64,000 nt of DNA. It comes from a bacterium (GTDB lineage Bacteria > Bacteroidota > Bacteroidia > Bacteroidales > UBA3663). Below are positions 33,662-43,225 of the stretch, piece after piece. Made by a program: the position numbers and the translations under genes. Location of the stretch: NCBI GenBank assembly GCA_963631395.1, contig CAVGQN010000003.1, forward strand, positions 10,244-74,243, written 5' to 3'. The notes under the pieces are model-generated. The model searched no databases. It was not told where the DNA came from and worked only from the letters and a program-made list of their open reading frames with translations. The stretch's first letter is position 1. Every line of letters begins with the position of its first letter.

Positions 33662-34219
33662 TCAGTCGTCGAACTTGCGGAGATAGGCTGCAACACGCTC
33701 GGCGGCAAAGTGGTAGGAGGCCTTGAGCGCGCCGACCGACGTGCCCAGTATCTGCGACATCTCTTCGTAAGGCATTTCGTCAAAATAGCGCATATTGAAG
33801 ACCTGACGCTGCTTGGGTGGCAGCAAGGCTACGGCCTCAAGAAGATGACGCTGGGCTTCGTCGCCGTCAAAGTAGCCGTCGCCCTCCACCTGGCTCATGG
33901 CGTAGCCCTCGGGGTCGTCCTGCATTTGCTCACGCTCGGCCTGCATCTTGGTGAGGAAGGTGATGGCCTCGTTGTGCGCAATGGTGTACATCCACGTCGT
34001 GAGACGCGAATCGCCACGGAAGCGGTCGAGGTTTTGCCATATCTTGAGCAGCGTGTTCTGCAGCACGTCGGCTGCGTCATCATGGCTGATGACCAGCTTG
34101 CGTATCTGCCAGTACAATTGCTCCTGGTACAGGCTCACTAACCGAGAGAAGGCCTGTCGCTGGGTCTCGGGGGCTCTCAGCTCTCGTATCAGCTGCTCTT
34201 CGTCCTTGTTGTCAGTCAT
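33662..34219 (-). CDS. ECF-type RNA polymerase sigma-70 factor
   Basis: ATG 34219 (the track start at 34237 is GTG). Region 2 DAADVLQNTLLKIWQNLDRFRGDSRLTTWMYTIAHNEAITFL. Region 4 LPPKQRQVFNMRYFDEMPYEEMSQILGTSVGALKASYHFA. Confidence 0.85.
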   Translation of the reverse strand: MTDNKDEEQLIRELRAPETQRQAFSRLVSLYQEQLYWQIRKLVISHDDAADVLQNTLLKIWQNLDRFRGDSRLTTWMYTIAHNEAITFLTKMQAEREQMQDDPEGYAMSQVEGDGYFDGDEAQRHLLEAVALLPPKQRQVFNMRYFDEMPYEEMSQILGTSVGALKASYHFAAERVAAYLRKFDD

Positions 34220-37200
34220 TTCCTTTAGTTTTGCCACAGATATTGAGGAATGTGCAGTTGGTGCAGTTTTCTGCTTTGCCGGTTTGCCGGAAGGGCACTG
34301 CGGGGTCGAATATCTCGTCTATCATTGCGCCGAACACGCGTTCGAAGTCGTCACGGATATCATCGAACCGCCGTATGGGCCGGTCTTCGCCAGGTCCTGA
34401 CGGCTGGCCGTCGGCTCCTACAGGAATCTGCCTGCAGCGAATGACGGTCTCTGCCTCGCCTTCCCGCCCGGACAGGAAGCTGCGCGTATAGTAAAGGTGC
34501 GGCTCAATGCGGCCTGCAAGTCGCTGAAGGTCCGCCCGAGTGAGGCTGAGCCCCTGGAGAGCCGTGTCGTCCATTCTCTCGAGCATCAGACAGTACATCA
34601 GCACCTGCATGGCGTCGGGAGCGCAGCCGCCACCATCCCGGCACGCAGTCTCAAGGTCTGTGACGAGTGTACGCGACTTGTTGCTCCCGTACCTCGGACT
34701 GCCGGTCTTGTAGTCGACGATGCGCAGCGACTCCTGCCCGCTGCCGTCCTGAGCCATGACGACATCCAAACGGTCGTAGTAGCCCTTGACGTTGACGGCA
34801 AGTCCGGTGGGCGTGGTGTAGGTCAATGTGTATTTGCCCTCGGAGGTCACGTACCTGAACGGAGCAACCGCGAGGTCGTGACGGAGCACGCCGCAGACGC
34901 TGTCGAGGATGATGCCGCAGACCAGTTCACGGTAGCCGAGGTTCTGCTGCCCTCCACCCTGCTGCCGGTCGTAAAGCGAACGGATGTCGGCCAGGAGAGA
35001 GTTGGGATGGTCCAGAACCTCCTGCAGGTCGCGACGTTCGACCGTGTGCCCGACATAATGGTTGTAGTAACTCTGCAACGTGCCGTGCAGAATGGTGCCG
35101 AAGGCATTGTCGGCCACCTCTTCATTGAGTTCGTCGCTGACATCGAGATGTTCGACGGCCGAAAGGTAGAAGCGCAACGGACACGAAATATAGGTCTTGA
35201 GATTGGAGGCCGTGATGTAGCGACCGGTGTCGCCCCGGGTGAAGGCCCGCAGTTTGTCCATGACGACATTGTCCTTGACAACCGTAACTTCGTACGGCTC
35301 TTCGGACAGCACCGTAACCTCGGGACTGCGGTCGACGAGATGCGCCCCCTCCGACAAGTACTGCAACTGCATGAGGTAGCGGCTCTGCTCGCCGCTCTGC
35401 ATGCCCTCGGTGCGACAATCGTAGAGGAAATGTATCTCGCGCGCACGGGCAATGAGACGGAAGAAATGGTAGGCGTAGATGTCGTCGCGGTGCTGCTGTG
35501 TGGGCAAGCCGAAGGCTACGCGCAGGGTGTTGGGGATAAAGGAACTCTGCGTGGGTTTGGCCGGCACGGTACCTTCGTTCATGGAGAGGATGACGATGCG
35601 CTCGAAGTCGAGGGCACGCGTCTCCAGCACGCCCATAATCTGCAGTCCGGCCACGGGTTCGCCACTGAAGCTGACGGTCTGCCCCTGGGCAAGTTTCTGA
35701 AGCAGATGCAGCAGCGTGTTGCGGTCTAAAGCGCCTTCCATGTGGGCCGCCTCGACCTCATCGGCCAACTGCCGCAGGAGGTCACGGTAGGTATTCAGAC
35801 ACTCGAGGTCGAGGGCGTAGGGCTCTTGCTTTTCTTCCTCTTGCTCTTGTGTTTCTTTCTCCTCGGTCTGCAAGCCCTTTTTGCCCGGGTCTTTGACCGA
35901 ATCTCCCTCTTCGCCATTTTCCCGCAGCGCAGCATAGAGCGACGACAGGAGGTGGTCCAGATACGCGACGGTCTCGGCAATGCCCTCTACGGGCCGGAAA
36001 ATGGCCTGCAGCATGGGGCAACCAGCCATCTTTGACATGGGCACCTGATAGAGCTGGCGACCCAGAATCTGGTTGCGCAAATCAGCGCAACGGTCGGGTT
36101 CCAGATGCGTCAGGTAAGAGTGCGCCAGGATGGGCAGCACGGCTTTGTAATAGAAGGACGGCTCGGAACCGTCTTGCCGAATCGAACAGGCATTCTGCAG
36201 GGCGATGACGGCGTCAATCAAAGCTGCTGTCTGCGTGGACTTGAGACTGTAGCCCATCGTGACATTGTAATCGTCGTACTCGGCGGGAATGGCGTGGAGC
36301 ATGGGGCTCAGCAGCTTCTCGTCGGGCAGGATGACGGCCGTGTGAAGCGCATCCATACCGCTCCAACCGCGCAGTATGACCGAAGCTTCGGCAGTCTGCC
36401 CCACCGAACTTGGCACGGCCATGCGCGTCATCTGGCGGTCTGCGTCGCTCACGACGCCGGCCTGCATCTCCTCGTCGGTGAGGGCGTTGGGAAAACTGCG
36501 CAGGTTGTCGCGCACGAAGTCGAAGTCACGCGTCCTCGGGTCGCCATAGTCCCAGCAGAACTCTGCACGGCCCTTCTCCTTGAGCCAAGTCAGAAGCCTC
36601 CGCTCTGCCTCGTCGATAGCCGTAATGCCCACGAAGACGACACGCCCCGGCAACTCGTCCAGACAACGCTCAAGGGTGGGATCACCCGCCTGGATGCGTT
36701 CGACAACGTCACGCTGACGCATGCCCTCGTAAGCCAAGCCCTCAGCATTGAGCGCCTGCCGGAAGGCACTGTACACGTCGTACATGATGGACCAGGTCTG
36801 CACAAACGACTCTTTGGCCGGATAGCCGTCAACGGACTCCAGTCCGATATTGCGCCAGAAAGTGCGCAACACAGCAAGCGTCTCTTCGTCCAAACCGCCG
36901 AAGACCTGGTTGAGGTCCTTATAATCGCGCACGTTGTAAAACACCTGCCGGGCATCGGCCAGATACTTGTCGACATCGTCAAAGTCGCGCATCAGCATCT
37001 CGCCCCAATAGACGAAGTCGCCAAAGTCTTCGGTCACCGTCTGGCCCGCCGGCAACTTCTGCTGCTTGACCTCGATGTAAGCATGATAGAGCCGGAAGAG
37101 CAACGCCGTGCGCCCAGGCACACGCAGTTGTGAAAAGAGCCCGAACAGGTCGCCGATGGTCTGCATGGACGGCGCGATGAGCGGACGCTGCCCGTTGAGG

Positions 37201-37352
37201 TCGTTGAGGTACTTGCTGAAGAAAAGGCCAGCCCTGCGATTGGGGAAGACGAACATGCTGTCGGCTATCTGCAGATAGTCTACGCTACCCTCCGTAGTGA
37301 GGGGCAGCGGGTCGAAATAGTGTCGCGCTACGGTCTGCAGAAATTCTGTCAT
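34212..37352 (-). CDS. AddB-like PD-(D/E)XK nuclease family protein with Fe-S cysteine staple
   Basis: 1046 aa from ATG 37352. The C-terminal RIVDYKTG...QVLMY matches the RecB-type nuclease motif. ISCPLRFY plus CTNCTFLNIC (C..CxxCxxxxxC) matches the AddB 4Fe-4S pattern. The 8-nt overlap ATGACTGA joins it to the sigma gene. Confidence 0.7.
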   Translation of the reverse strand: MTEFLQTVARHYFDPLPLTTEGSVDYLQIADSMFVFPNRRAGLFFSKYLNDLNGQRPLIAPSMQTIGDLFGLFSQLRVPGRTALLFRLYHAYIEVKQQKLPAGQTVTEDFGDFVYWGEMLMRDFDDVDKYLADARQVFYNVRDYKDLNQVFGGLDEETLAVLRTFWRNIGLESVDGYPAKESFVQTWSIMYDVYSAFRQALNAEGLAYEGMRQRDVVERIQAGDPTLERCLDELPGRVVFVGITAIDEAERRLLTWLKEKGRAEFCWDYGDPRTRDFDFVRDNLRSFPNALTDEEMQAGVVSDADRQMTRMAVPSSVGQTAEASVILRGWSGMDALHTAVILPDEKLLSPMLHAIPAEYDDYNVTMGYSLKSTQTAALIDAVIALQNACSIRQDGSEPSFYYKAVLPILAHSYLTHLEPDRCADLRNQILGRQLYQVPMSKMAGCPMLQAIFRPVEGIAETVAYLDHLLSSLYAALRENGEEGDSVKDPGKKGLQTEEKETQEQEEEKQEPYALDLECLNTYRDLLRQLADEVEAAHMEGALDRNTLLHLLQKLAQGQTVSFSGEPVAGLQIMGVLETRALDFERIVILSMNEGTVPAKPTQSSFIPNTLRVAFGLPTQQHRDDIYAYHFFRLIARAREIHFLYDCRTEGMQSGEQSRYLMQLQYLSEGAHLVDRSPEVTVLSEEPYEVTVVKDNVVMDKLRAFTRGDTGRYITASNLKTYISCPLRFYLSAVEHLDVSDELNEEVADNAFGTILHGTLQSYYNHYVGHTVERRDLQEVLDHPNSLLADIRSLYDRQQGGGQQNLGYRELVCGIILDSVCGVLRHDLAVAPFRYVTSEGKYTLTYTTPTGLAVNVKGYYDRLDVVMAQDGSGQESLRIVDYKTGSPRYGSNKSRTLVTDLETACRDGGGCAPDAMQVLMYCLMLERMDDTALQGLSLTRADLQRLAGRIEPHLYYTRSFLSGREGEAETVIRCRQIPVGADGQPSGPGEDRPIRRFDDIRDDFERVFGAMIDEIFDPAVPFRQTGKAENCTNCTFLNICGKTKGND

Positions 37353-37428
37353 CGTCAGGTGTTTGCGGAAAGGGTTTCGGCTCGGAAAGCAGGACAATTT
37401 GCTCTAAAGCTCACCCTAAATATGCGTG

Positions 37429-37460
37429 CAAAGTTAAGTTTTTAATTGTTGCCAAACAAA
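37429..37460 (-). promoter_or_regulatory. promoter candidate for the AddB-like nuclease / ECF sigma operon
   Basis: On the minus strand: TTTG (37460-37457), N20, TAACTTTG (37436-37429). Confidence 0.45.
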
Positions 37461-37474
37461 TTTTCGGGCTTTTT

Positions 37475-37506
37475 TTTGTATTTTAAGGCAGTAATAACTA
37501 AATTTG
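37475..37506 (+). promoter_or_regulatory. promoter candidate for the dipeptide epimerase gene
   Basis: TTTG (37475-37478), N20, TAAATTTG (37499-37506), 18 nt before the ATG. Confidence 0.45.
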
Positions 37507-37524
37507 CGGCACAATGATGTAATT

Positions 37525-38565
37525 ATGGAACTAGAATACCGCCCCTTTCCGCTCCAGTTGACGCACACTTTCACTGTGGCCACCTGCTCGCGTTCTACCA
37601 CTCCCGACGTGCTGGTCCAAATCTCGCACGACGGCCTCATCGGCTACGGCGAGGCCTCTATGCCTCCCTACCTGGGCGAGACCACGGAGAGTGTGTGCAA
37701 TTTTCTCCGACAGGTGGACCTCTCACCCTATCACGACATCGCGCAACTGGACGAAATACGGGCCTACACAGACAGCATCGCACCCGGCAACTGCGCCGCC
37801 AAAGCCGCCGTTGACATCGCCCTGCACGACCTGCTGGGCAAAGTGCACGGCCAGCCACTACACCGCCTTTGGGGACTCTCGCCCGACTTTGACCTCCCTA
37901 CCACCTACACCATCGGCATCGACACGCCTGAAATGGTGCGCACGAAGGTGCAAGAGGTGGCAGGCCGATTCCGCCGGCTCAAGATCAAAGTGGGCGTACC
38001 CGGCGACCGCGCTCTGGTGCAGGCCATACGCGATGTGACTGACCTCCCCATCACGGCCGACGCCAACCAGGGGTGGACGGACCCCGCCCAGGCCCTCGAC
38101 GAAATAGAATGGCTGGCGACACAGGGCTGCATCATGGTCGAACAACCCCTGCCTAAACACGACTTCGCACAGGCGAACTGGCTCAAGGCCCGCTCGCCTC
38201 TGCCCATCATCGCCGACGAGTCGATACAACGCCTCACCGACCTGCCGCGCGTGGCCGAAGCCTATAGCGGCATCAACATCAAACTGATGAAATGCACGGG
38301 CCTGGGCGAAGCGCGACAGATGGTGGCCGAAGCCAAACGACTCGGTCTGAAAGTTATGCTTGGCTGCATGACGGAAACGAGCTGCGCCGTCAGCGCCGCC
38401 GCCCAACTCGCCCCCCTCGCCGACTACGCCGACCTGGACGGCAACCTCCTCATCAGCAACGACCCCTTCAGCGGGATGCAAATCTCGGACGGCTACATAC
38501 GTCTCAACACCCTCCCCGGCATCGGTGTCGTGACGAGAGGATGCAATGCGGGTCGTTTTTATTAA
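37525..38565 (+). CDS. dipeptide epimerase (L-Ala-D/L-Glu epimerase type, enolase superfamily)
   Basis: ATG 37525. ...GYGEASMPPYLGET..., RLKIKVG, ITADANQGW, VEQPLP and IIADES are typical MLE-subgroup motifs. Confidence 0.8.
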   Translation: MELEYRPFPLQLTHTFTVATCSRSTTPDVLVQISHDGLIGYGEASMPPYLGETTESVCNFLRQVDLSPYHDIAQLDEIRAYTDSIAPGNCAAKAAVDIALHDLLGKVHGQPLHRLWGLSPDFDLPTTYTIGIDTPEMVRTKVQEVAGRFRRLKIKVGVPGDRALVQAIRDVTDLPITADANQGWTDPAQALDEIEWLATQGCIMVEQPLPKHDFAQANWLKARSPLPIIADESIQRLTDLPRVAEAYSGINIKLMKCTGLGEARQMVAEAKRLGLKVMLGCMTETSCAVSAAAQLAPLADYADLDGNLLISNDPFSGMQISDGYIRLNTLPGIGVVTRGCNAGRFY

Positions 38566-38776
38566 TCCGCGGAATTTAGACGGATTTTAAACGGAATCGT
38601 TACGCATCAAATTATTTTTTCATTCGTCAAATTCGTTCGATTCGTGGTTTATATTTTCTTGATTCACAACAATATCCGCTTTCTATGTTCAAATCCAAAT
38701 AAAATGAGATCCGTGTTCATTAAAAAACAGGCCGCAAGGCAACATAAAACGTAAAACGCAAAACATAACACACGTC

Positions 38777-40069
38777 ATGCTTTCTTCCCTCCTCTCCTTC
38801 CTCGACTCATCGCCAGTCAACTTCTACGCAGTCGCCACGTTCGAAGAGCGACTCGCCGCTGCAGGTTTCCGTAAGCTCGCCGCCGACGCACCCATGCCCG
38901 CATTGCGTCCCGGCGAACAAGTTTATCTGACCAAAAACGACTCTTCGCTCTATGCCTTCCGCATCGGCGAAGCTCCCCTGGCCGAAGCGGGACTCCGACT
39001 GGTGTGCGCTCACTGCGACAGTCCGACGTTCCGCATCAAACCCAACCCCGAGATGAAGGGCGAGGGCAACATCGTCCGCCTCAACACCGAGGTGTACGGC
39101 GGCGCCATCCTCTCTACGTGGTTCGACCGGCCGCTCTCCATAGCCGGCCGCGTCATGCTGCGCAGTAAAGACCCGCTCCACCCACTGACTCAACTCGTGC
39201 GCATAGACCGCCCGCTGCTCACCATACCCAACCTGGCCATACACTTCAACCGCGAGGTCAACAATGGCGTCAAACTCAGCCCGCAGAAGGACATGATGCC
39301 TATTCTCGGCGTCATCAACGACCAGTTGGAGTCCGGACATCTGCTGACCGACCTCATCGCCAAACAACTCAATACAACGGTCAGCGAAATACTGGACTTC
39401 GACCTCTATCTCTACGACACCACTCCGGCCATGACTATCGGCCTGAACAACGAATTCGTGCAAAGCGGACGCCTCGATGACCTCTCGATGGTGCACGCCG
39501 GACTGGAAGCTATCCTCCATCCCAAGAAGAGTCCGGGCAAGGGCACGCAGGTGTTGGCCGTCTTCGACAACGAAGAGACCGGGAGCGGCACAAAACAGGG
39601 CGCTGCATCGCCTTTCCTCCGTAGCCTCGTCGAACGGATCATCGCAGCTCAGGGCGGTTCGACGGACGACTTCTATCGCTGCGTGGAACGCTCGTTTATG
39701 GTGAGCGCCGACAACGCTCACGCCTGGCATCCCAACTACTCCGAAAAGTACGACCCCACCAACCACCCCGTGATGGGCGGAGGTCCCGTGGTCAAAGTCA
39801 ACGCCGCCCAAAAGTACGCCAGCGACGCCGACTCAGCCGCCGTCTTCGTCGAGGTGTGCCGCAGGGCCGATGTGCCTTGCCAACGCTTTGTCAATCATAG
39901 CGACATAGCCGGCGGAAGCACGCTGGGCAATATCCTCACAAGCAGTCTCCCCCTGCGCGGCGTGGATATGGGCAACCCGATATGGGCCATGCACTCGGTG
40001 CGCGAAACGGGTAGCGTCGCCGACCACCTTGCCTGCATCAAGGCTTTCGCAGAGTTCTACGGCCTCTGA
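38777..40069 (+). CDS. M18-family aminopeptidase
   Basis: 430 aa. FLDSSPVNFYAV..., HCDSPTFRIKPNP, RLDDLSMVHAG, FDNEETGSGTKQGA and MHSVRETGS match the aspartyl-aminopeptidase family. Confidence 0.85.
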   Translation: MLSSLLSFLDSSPVNFYAVATFEERLAAAGFRKLAADAPMPALRPGEQVYLTKNDSSLYAFRIGEAPLAEAGLRLVCAHCDSPTFRIKPNPEMKGEGNIVRLNTEVYGGAILSTWFDRPLSIAGRVMLRSKDPLHPLTQLVRIDRPLLTIPNLAIHFNREVNNGVKLSPQKDMMPILGVINDQLESGHLLTDLIAKQLNTTVSEILDFDLYLYDTTPAMTIGLNNEFVQSGRLDDLSMVHAGLEAILHPKKSPGKGTQVLAVFDNEETGSGTKQGAASPFLRSLVERIIAAQGGSTDDFYRCVERSFMVSADNAHAWHPNYSEKYDPTNHPVMGGGPVVKVNAAQKYASDADSAAVFVEVCRRADVPCQRFVNHSDIAGGSTLGNILTSSLPLRGVDMGNPIWAMHSVRETGSVADHLACIKAFAEFYGL

Positions 40070-40198
40070 TTGCACTCCAGGCAACCACCGCAGGGAGAAT
40101 AAAGACCTCGAGAAGGCGGGCAAAGGCATCGAGAGAAGGCGGGCAAAGACGCTTTTCCGTTTCCGAAAGTGCAATTTGCATAAAAAGTTGCACAAAAA

Positions 40199-40230
40199 TT
40201 TGGACGTACGAAAATAAACGCGTAACTTTG
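40199..40230 (+). promoter_or_regulatory. promoter candidate for the LacI-family regulator gene
   Basis: TTTG (40199-40202), N20, TAACTTTG (40223-40230). Confidence 0.45.
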
Positions 40231-40317
40231 CACGCAAAATCTAATAAGCGCGCTGGCACCATCTGCGTGCAGGTAACTGTCAAATGCGTCAACGCTAACC
40301 AATATTCCTATACAACA

Positions 40318-41349
40318 ATGGGAGACAAAACTAAAGTCACTATCTACGACCTCGCTCAACGGCTCGGCACAACGGCTTCGACCGTGTCACGAGCCCTGCA
40401 GGACAATCCGCGCATCAGCGTCAAAACCCGCGAGGCCGTCAAGAAGATGGCACGCGAACTCAACTACATCCCCGACCCTGTGGCTCACCACCTGCGCACC
40501 GGCCGCGGCAATGTGTTGGGTATCATCGTACCCCGTATCGACCGAAACTTCTTCGCTTCGATCATCAGCACTTTCCAGGCCGTGGCCCAAAAGGCCGGCT
40601 ACCAAATCATCATCGCCGCCAGCAACGAGAACGCCGAAGAGGAACACGCTGCCCTGCGCGCCATGATACAGAAGAAGGTGGACGGCATCGTCATCTCGCT
40701 CTGTGTCAATTCGCCACAGCCCACCGAATACGCCGAACTCTGCGCCCAGCACCACATCCCGCTCGTCTTCTTCGACCGCTTGCCCATCGATAGTCAGGCC
40801 TACGACACGGTGTCGAACGACAACTTCCAAATCGGTTACGATGCCGTCTTGCAACTGCACCGGCGCGGTTGCAGCAAGATTGGGCACTTCTCGGGCCCAC
40901 AGACGCAACGCTCCTATATCGACCGGTTCAGAGGCTACCGCCAGGCTCTCGAAGACCTGCACCTCGAGTACCGCCAGGAGTGGAATATTCCCGCCATCAC
41001 AATCGAAACGGGTTATGACGCCGCTCAGAAGATTCTGCAGATGACCGACCGACCGGACGGTATCTTCTCCGCCGGCGACTTCCCGGCCATCACGGCTATG
41101 GATACTTTCCGCAAGAAGGGACTGCACATACCCGAGGACATCGCCATCATCGGTGTGGCCAACGAACCTTTTGACGCCTACCTGGCTACGCCCCTCTCTT
41201 CCGTCGGACTCAACCAACAACGCATCGGCGAAATTACGGCCAACATCATCCTGGCCCGTATCAAGGACGACGAGAGCAACGCCGAGTACGAGTCGCCCGC
41301 GCACATGATCGTGAAGCACGACCTCTTCCTGCGCGAATCGTCTATCTGA
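40318..41349 (+). CDS. LacI-family transcriptional regulator
   Basis: ATG 40318. HTH TIYDLAQRLGTTASTVSRALQDNPRISVKTREAVKKMARELNYIPDPVA, followed by a periplasmic-binding-protein-like fold. Confidence 0.85.
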   Translation: MGDKTKVTIYDLAQRLGTTASTVSRALQDNPRISVKTREAVKKMARELNYIPDPVAHHLRTGRGNVLGIIVPRIDRNFFASIISTFQAVAQKAGYQIIIAASNENAEEEHAALRAMIQKKVDGIVISLCVNSPQPTEYAELCAQHHIPLVFFDRLPIDSQAYDTVSNDNFQIGYDAVLQLHRRGCSKIGHFSGPQTQRSYIDRFRGYRQALEDLHLEYRQEWNIPAITIETGYDAAQKILQMTDRPDGIFSAGDFPAITAMDTFRKKGLHIPEDIAIIGVANEPFDAYLATPLSSVGLNQQRIGEITANIILARIKDDESNAEYESPAHMIVKHDLFLRESSI

Positions 41350-41452
41350 TCTGAACGGTCGTCGGACAACCGGACATTCCGTTTTTGCAGACAAACAAGG
41401 CAAACAGACAACCCAAATATCAATAAACCCAAATAATTATTTTTAAAGAAGT

Positions 41453-42301
41453 ATGAAAACAAACTACGAACTCCGTTATGCATCGCATCCCGAGGATGCC
41501 AAACATTACGATACTGCCCGTATACGTAAGGAATTTCTCATCGAAAAAGTCTTTGCCGCCGATGAGGTCAATATGGTCTACTCGATGTACGACCGTATGG
41601 TAGTGGGCGGCGCAATGCCCGTCAGCGAAAAGCTCCTGCTGGAAGCCATCGACCCGTTGAAGGCCGACTTCTTCCTGACTCGTCGCGAAATCGGTATCTT
41701 CAATGTCGGAGAGGGCGCCGGAATCGTCTCCATCGAGGGCGAAGGCGACTTCGAACTGGGCTACAAGGAGGCACTCTATATCGGCCGCGGTGACCGCAAC
41801 GTCACTTTCAGCAGCAAGGACAGCTCCAAGCCTGCCAAGTTCTTCTTCAACTCATGCACAGCCCACACGCACTACCCCACCCGCAAGGTGACAAAAGCCG
41901 AGGCCAACATCCTCAAGCTCGGTTCTATGGAGGGCGCCAACGACCGCGTCATCAACCGTATGATTGTCTCTCAGGTGCTCCCTACCTGCCAACTGCAGAT
42001 GGGTATGACCGAGCTCAAGCCGGGCAGCATCTGGAACACGATGCCTGCCCACACCCATAGCCGTCGCATGGAGGCTTACTTCTACTTCGACATCCCCGAG
42101 GACCAGGCCATCTGCCACTTCATGGGCGAACCTCAGGAGACCCGCGTCGTTTGGATGAAGAAGGACGAAGCCGTCCTCTCGCCCGAATGGTCTATCCATA
42201 GCGCAGCCGCTACGCACAACTATACTTTCATTTGGGGTATGGGCGGCGAAAACCTCGACTACGGCGACCAGGACTTCTACAAGGAGACCGAGCTGCGCTA
42301 A
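41453..42301 (+). CDS. kduI: 5-dehydro-4-deoxy-D-glucuronate isomerase
   Basis: 282 aa. [34 protein letters not shown]...[11 protein letters not shown] is a classic KduI N-terminus. Confidence 0.9.
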   Translation: MKTNYELRYASHPEDAKHYDTARIRKEFLIEKVFAADEVNMVYSMYDRMVVGGAMPVSEKLLLEAIDPLKADFFLTRREIGIFNVGEGAGIVSIEGEGDFELGYKEALYIGRGDRNVTFSSKDSSKPAKFFFNSCTAHTHYPTRKVTKAEANILKLGSMEGANDRVINRMIVSQVLPTCQLQMGMTELKPGSIWNTMPAHTHSRRMEAYFYFDIPEDQAICHFMGEPQETRVVWMKKDEAVLSPEWSIHSAAATHNYTFIWGMGGENLDYGDQDFYKETELR

Positions 42302-42392
42302 GTCGCACCGTCTGCCGGTCAAGGTTCTGACCCCGCAGGACAATAAAGCAAAACAAATAACCCAAATATCAATCAAACTAAATTTCAATACA

Positions 42393-43202
42393 ATGACATC
42401 TTTGAAAGACTTCTCTCTCGAAGGAAAGAATGCCTGGATTACAGGCGCTTCTTACGGTATCGGTTTCAACATCGCCAAGGCTTTTGTTGCCGCCGGTATT
42501 AAAAACATCATCTTCAACGACATCAACGAAGCTGCTCTCCAGCGTGGTTTGGACAACTACCGCGAGGCTGGCATCAAAAACGTCAAGGGCTATGTGTGCG
42601 ACGTAACGGACGAAGTAGCCGTTGCCGCTTTGGTCAAGACTATCCACGAGGAGGTCGGCCAGATTGACATCCTCGTCAACAACGCCGGTATCATCAAGCG
42701 TATCCCAATGCACGAAATGAAGCGCTCCGAGTTCCAGCAGGTCATCGACGTCGACCTGGTGGCTCCGTTCATCGTCAGCTCGGCCGTCCTGCCCGAAATG
42801 ATGGAGCGCCGCGAGGGCAAGATCATCAACATCTGCTCGATGATGTCCGAACTCGGTCGCGAGACAGTGAGTGCCTATGCTGCAGCCAAGGGCGGTCTGA
42901 AGATGCTGACCCGCAACATCTGCTCTGAGTACGGCGAGTACAACATCCAGTGCAACGGCATCGGCCCCGGCTATATAGCCACTCCTCAGACGGCTCCTCT
43001 CCGCGAGCGTCAACCTGACGGTAGCCGTCACCCGTTCGACAGCTTCATCTGCGCCAAGACTCCTGCCGGACGCTGGCTCGAACCCGAGGAACTCGGCGGA
43101 CCTGCCGTATTCCTCGCCTCTCACGCCTCCGACGCCGTCAACGGCCACGTCCTCTATGTGGACGGCGGCATCCTGGCCTACATCGGCAAGCAGCCTAAGT
43201 AA
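42393..43202 (+). CDS. kduD: 2-dehydro-3-deoxy-D-gluconate 5-dehydrogenase / gluconate 5-dehydrogenase (SDR)
   Basis: TGASYGIG, NNAG and the YAAAKGGLKMLT SDR triad. It directly follows kduI. Confidence 0.75.
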   Translation: MTSLKDFSLEGKNAWITGASYGIGFNIAKAFVAAGIKNIIFNDINEAALQRGLDNYREAGIKNVKGYVCDVTDEVAVAALVKTIHEEVGQIDILVNNAGIIKRIPMHEMKRSEFQQVIDVDLVAPFIVSSAVLPEMMERREGKIINICSMMSELGRETVSAYAAAKGGLKMLTRNICSEYGEYNIQCNGIGPGYIATPQTAPLRERQPDGSRHPFDSFICAKTPAGRWLEPEELGGPAVFLASHASDAVNGHVLYVDGGILAYIGKQPK

Positions 43203-43225
43203 TCCCTCATTCCATATCTGCGCTA

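Noticed and set aside
34212-37352. AddB-like nuclease plus neighbours as an anti-phage defence island.
   Set aside because: No ATPase, methyltransferase, TIR, Sir2, reverse transcriptase, toxin or integrase genes are nearby. The flanks are housekeeping and the composition matches the rest of the window. It looks like a core recombination-repair gene.
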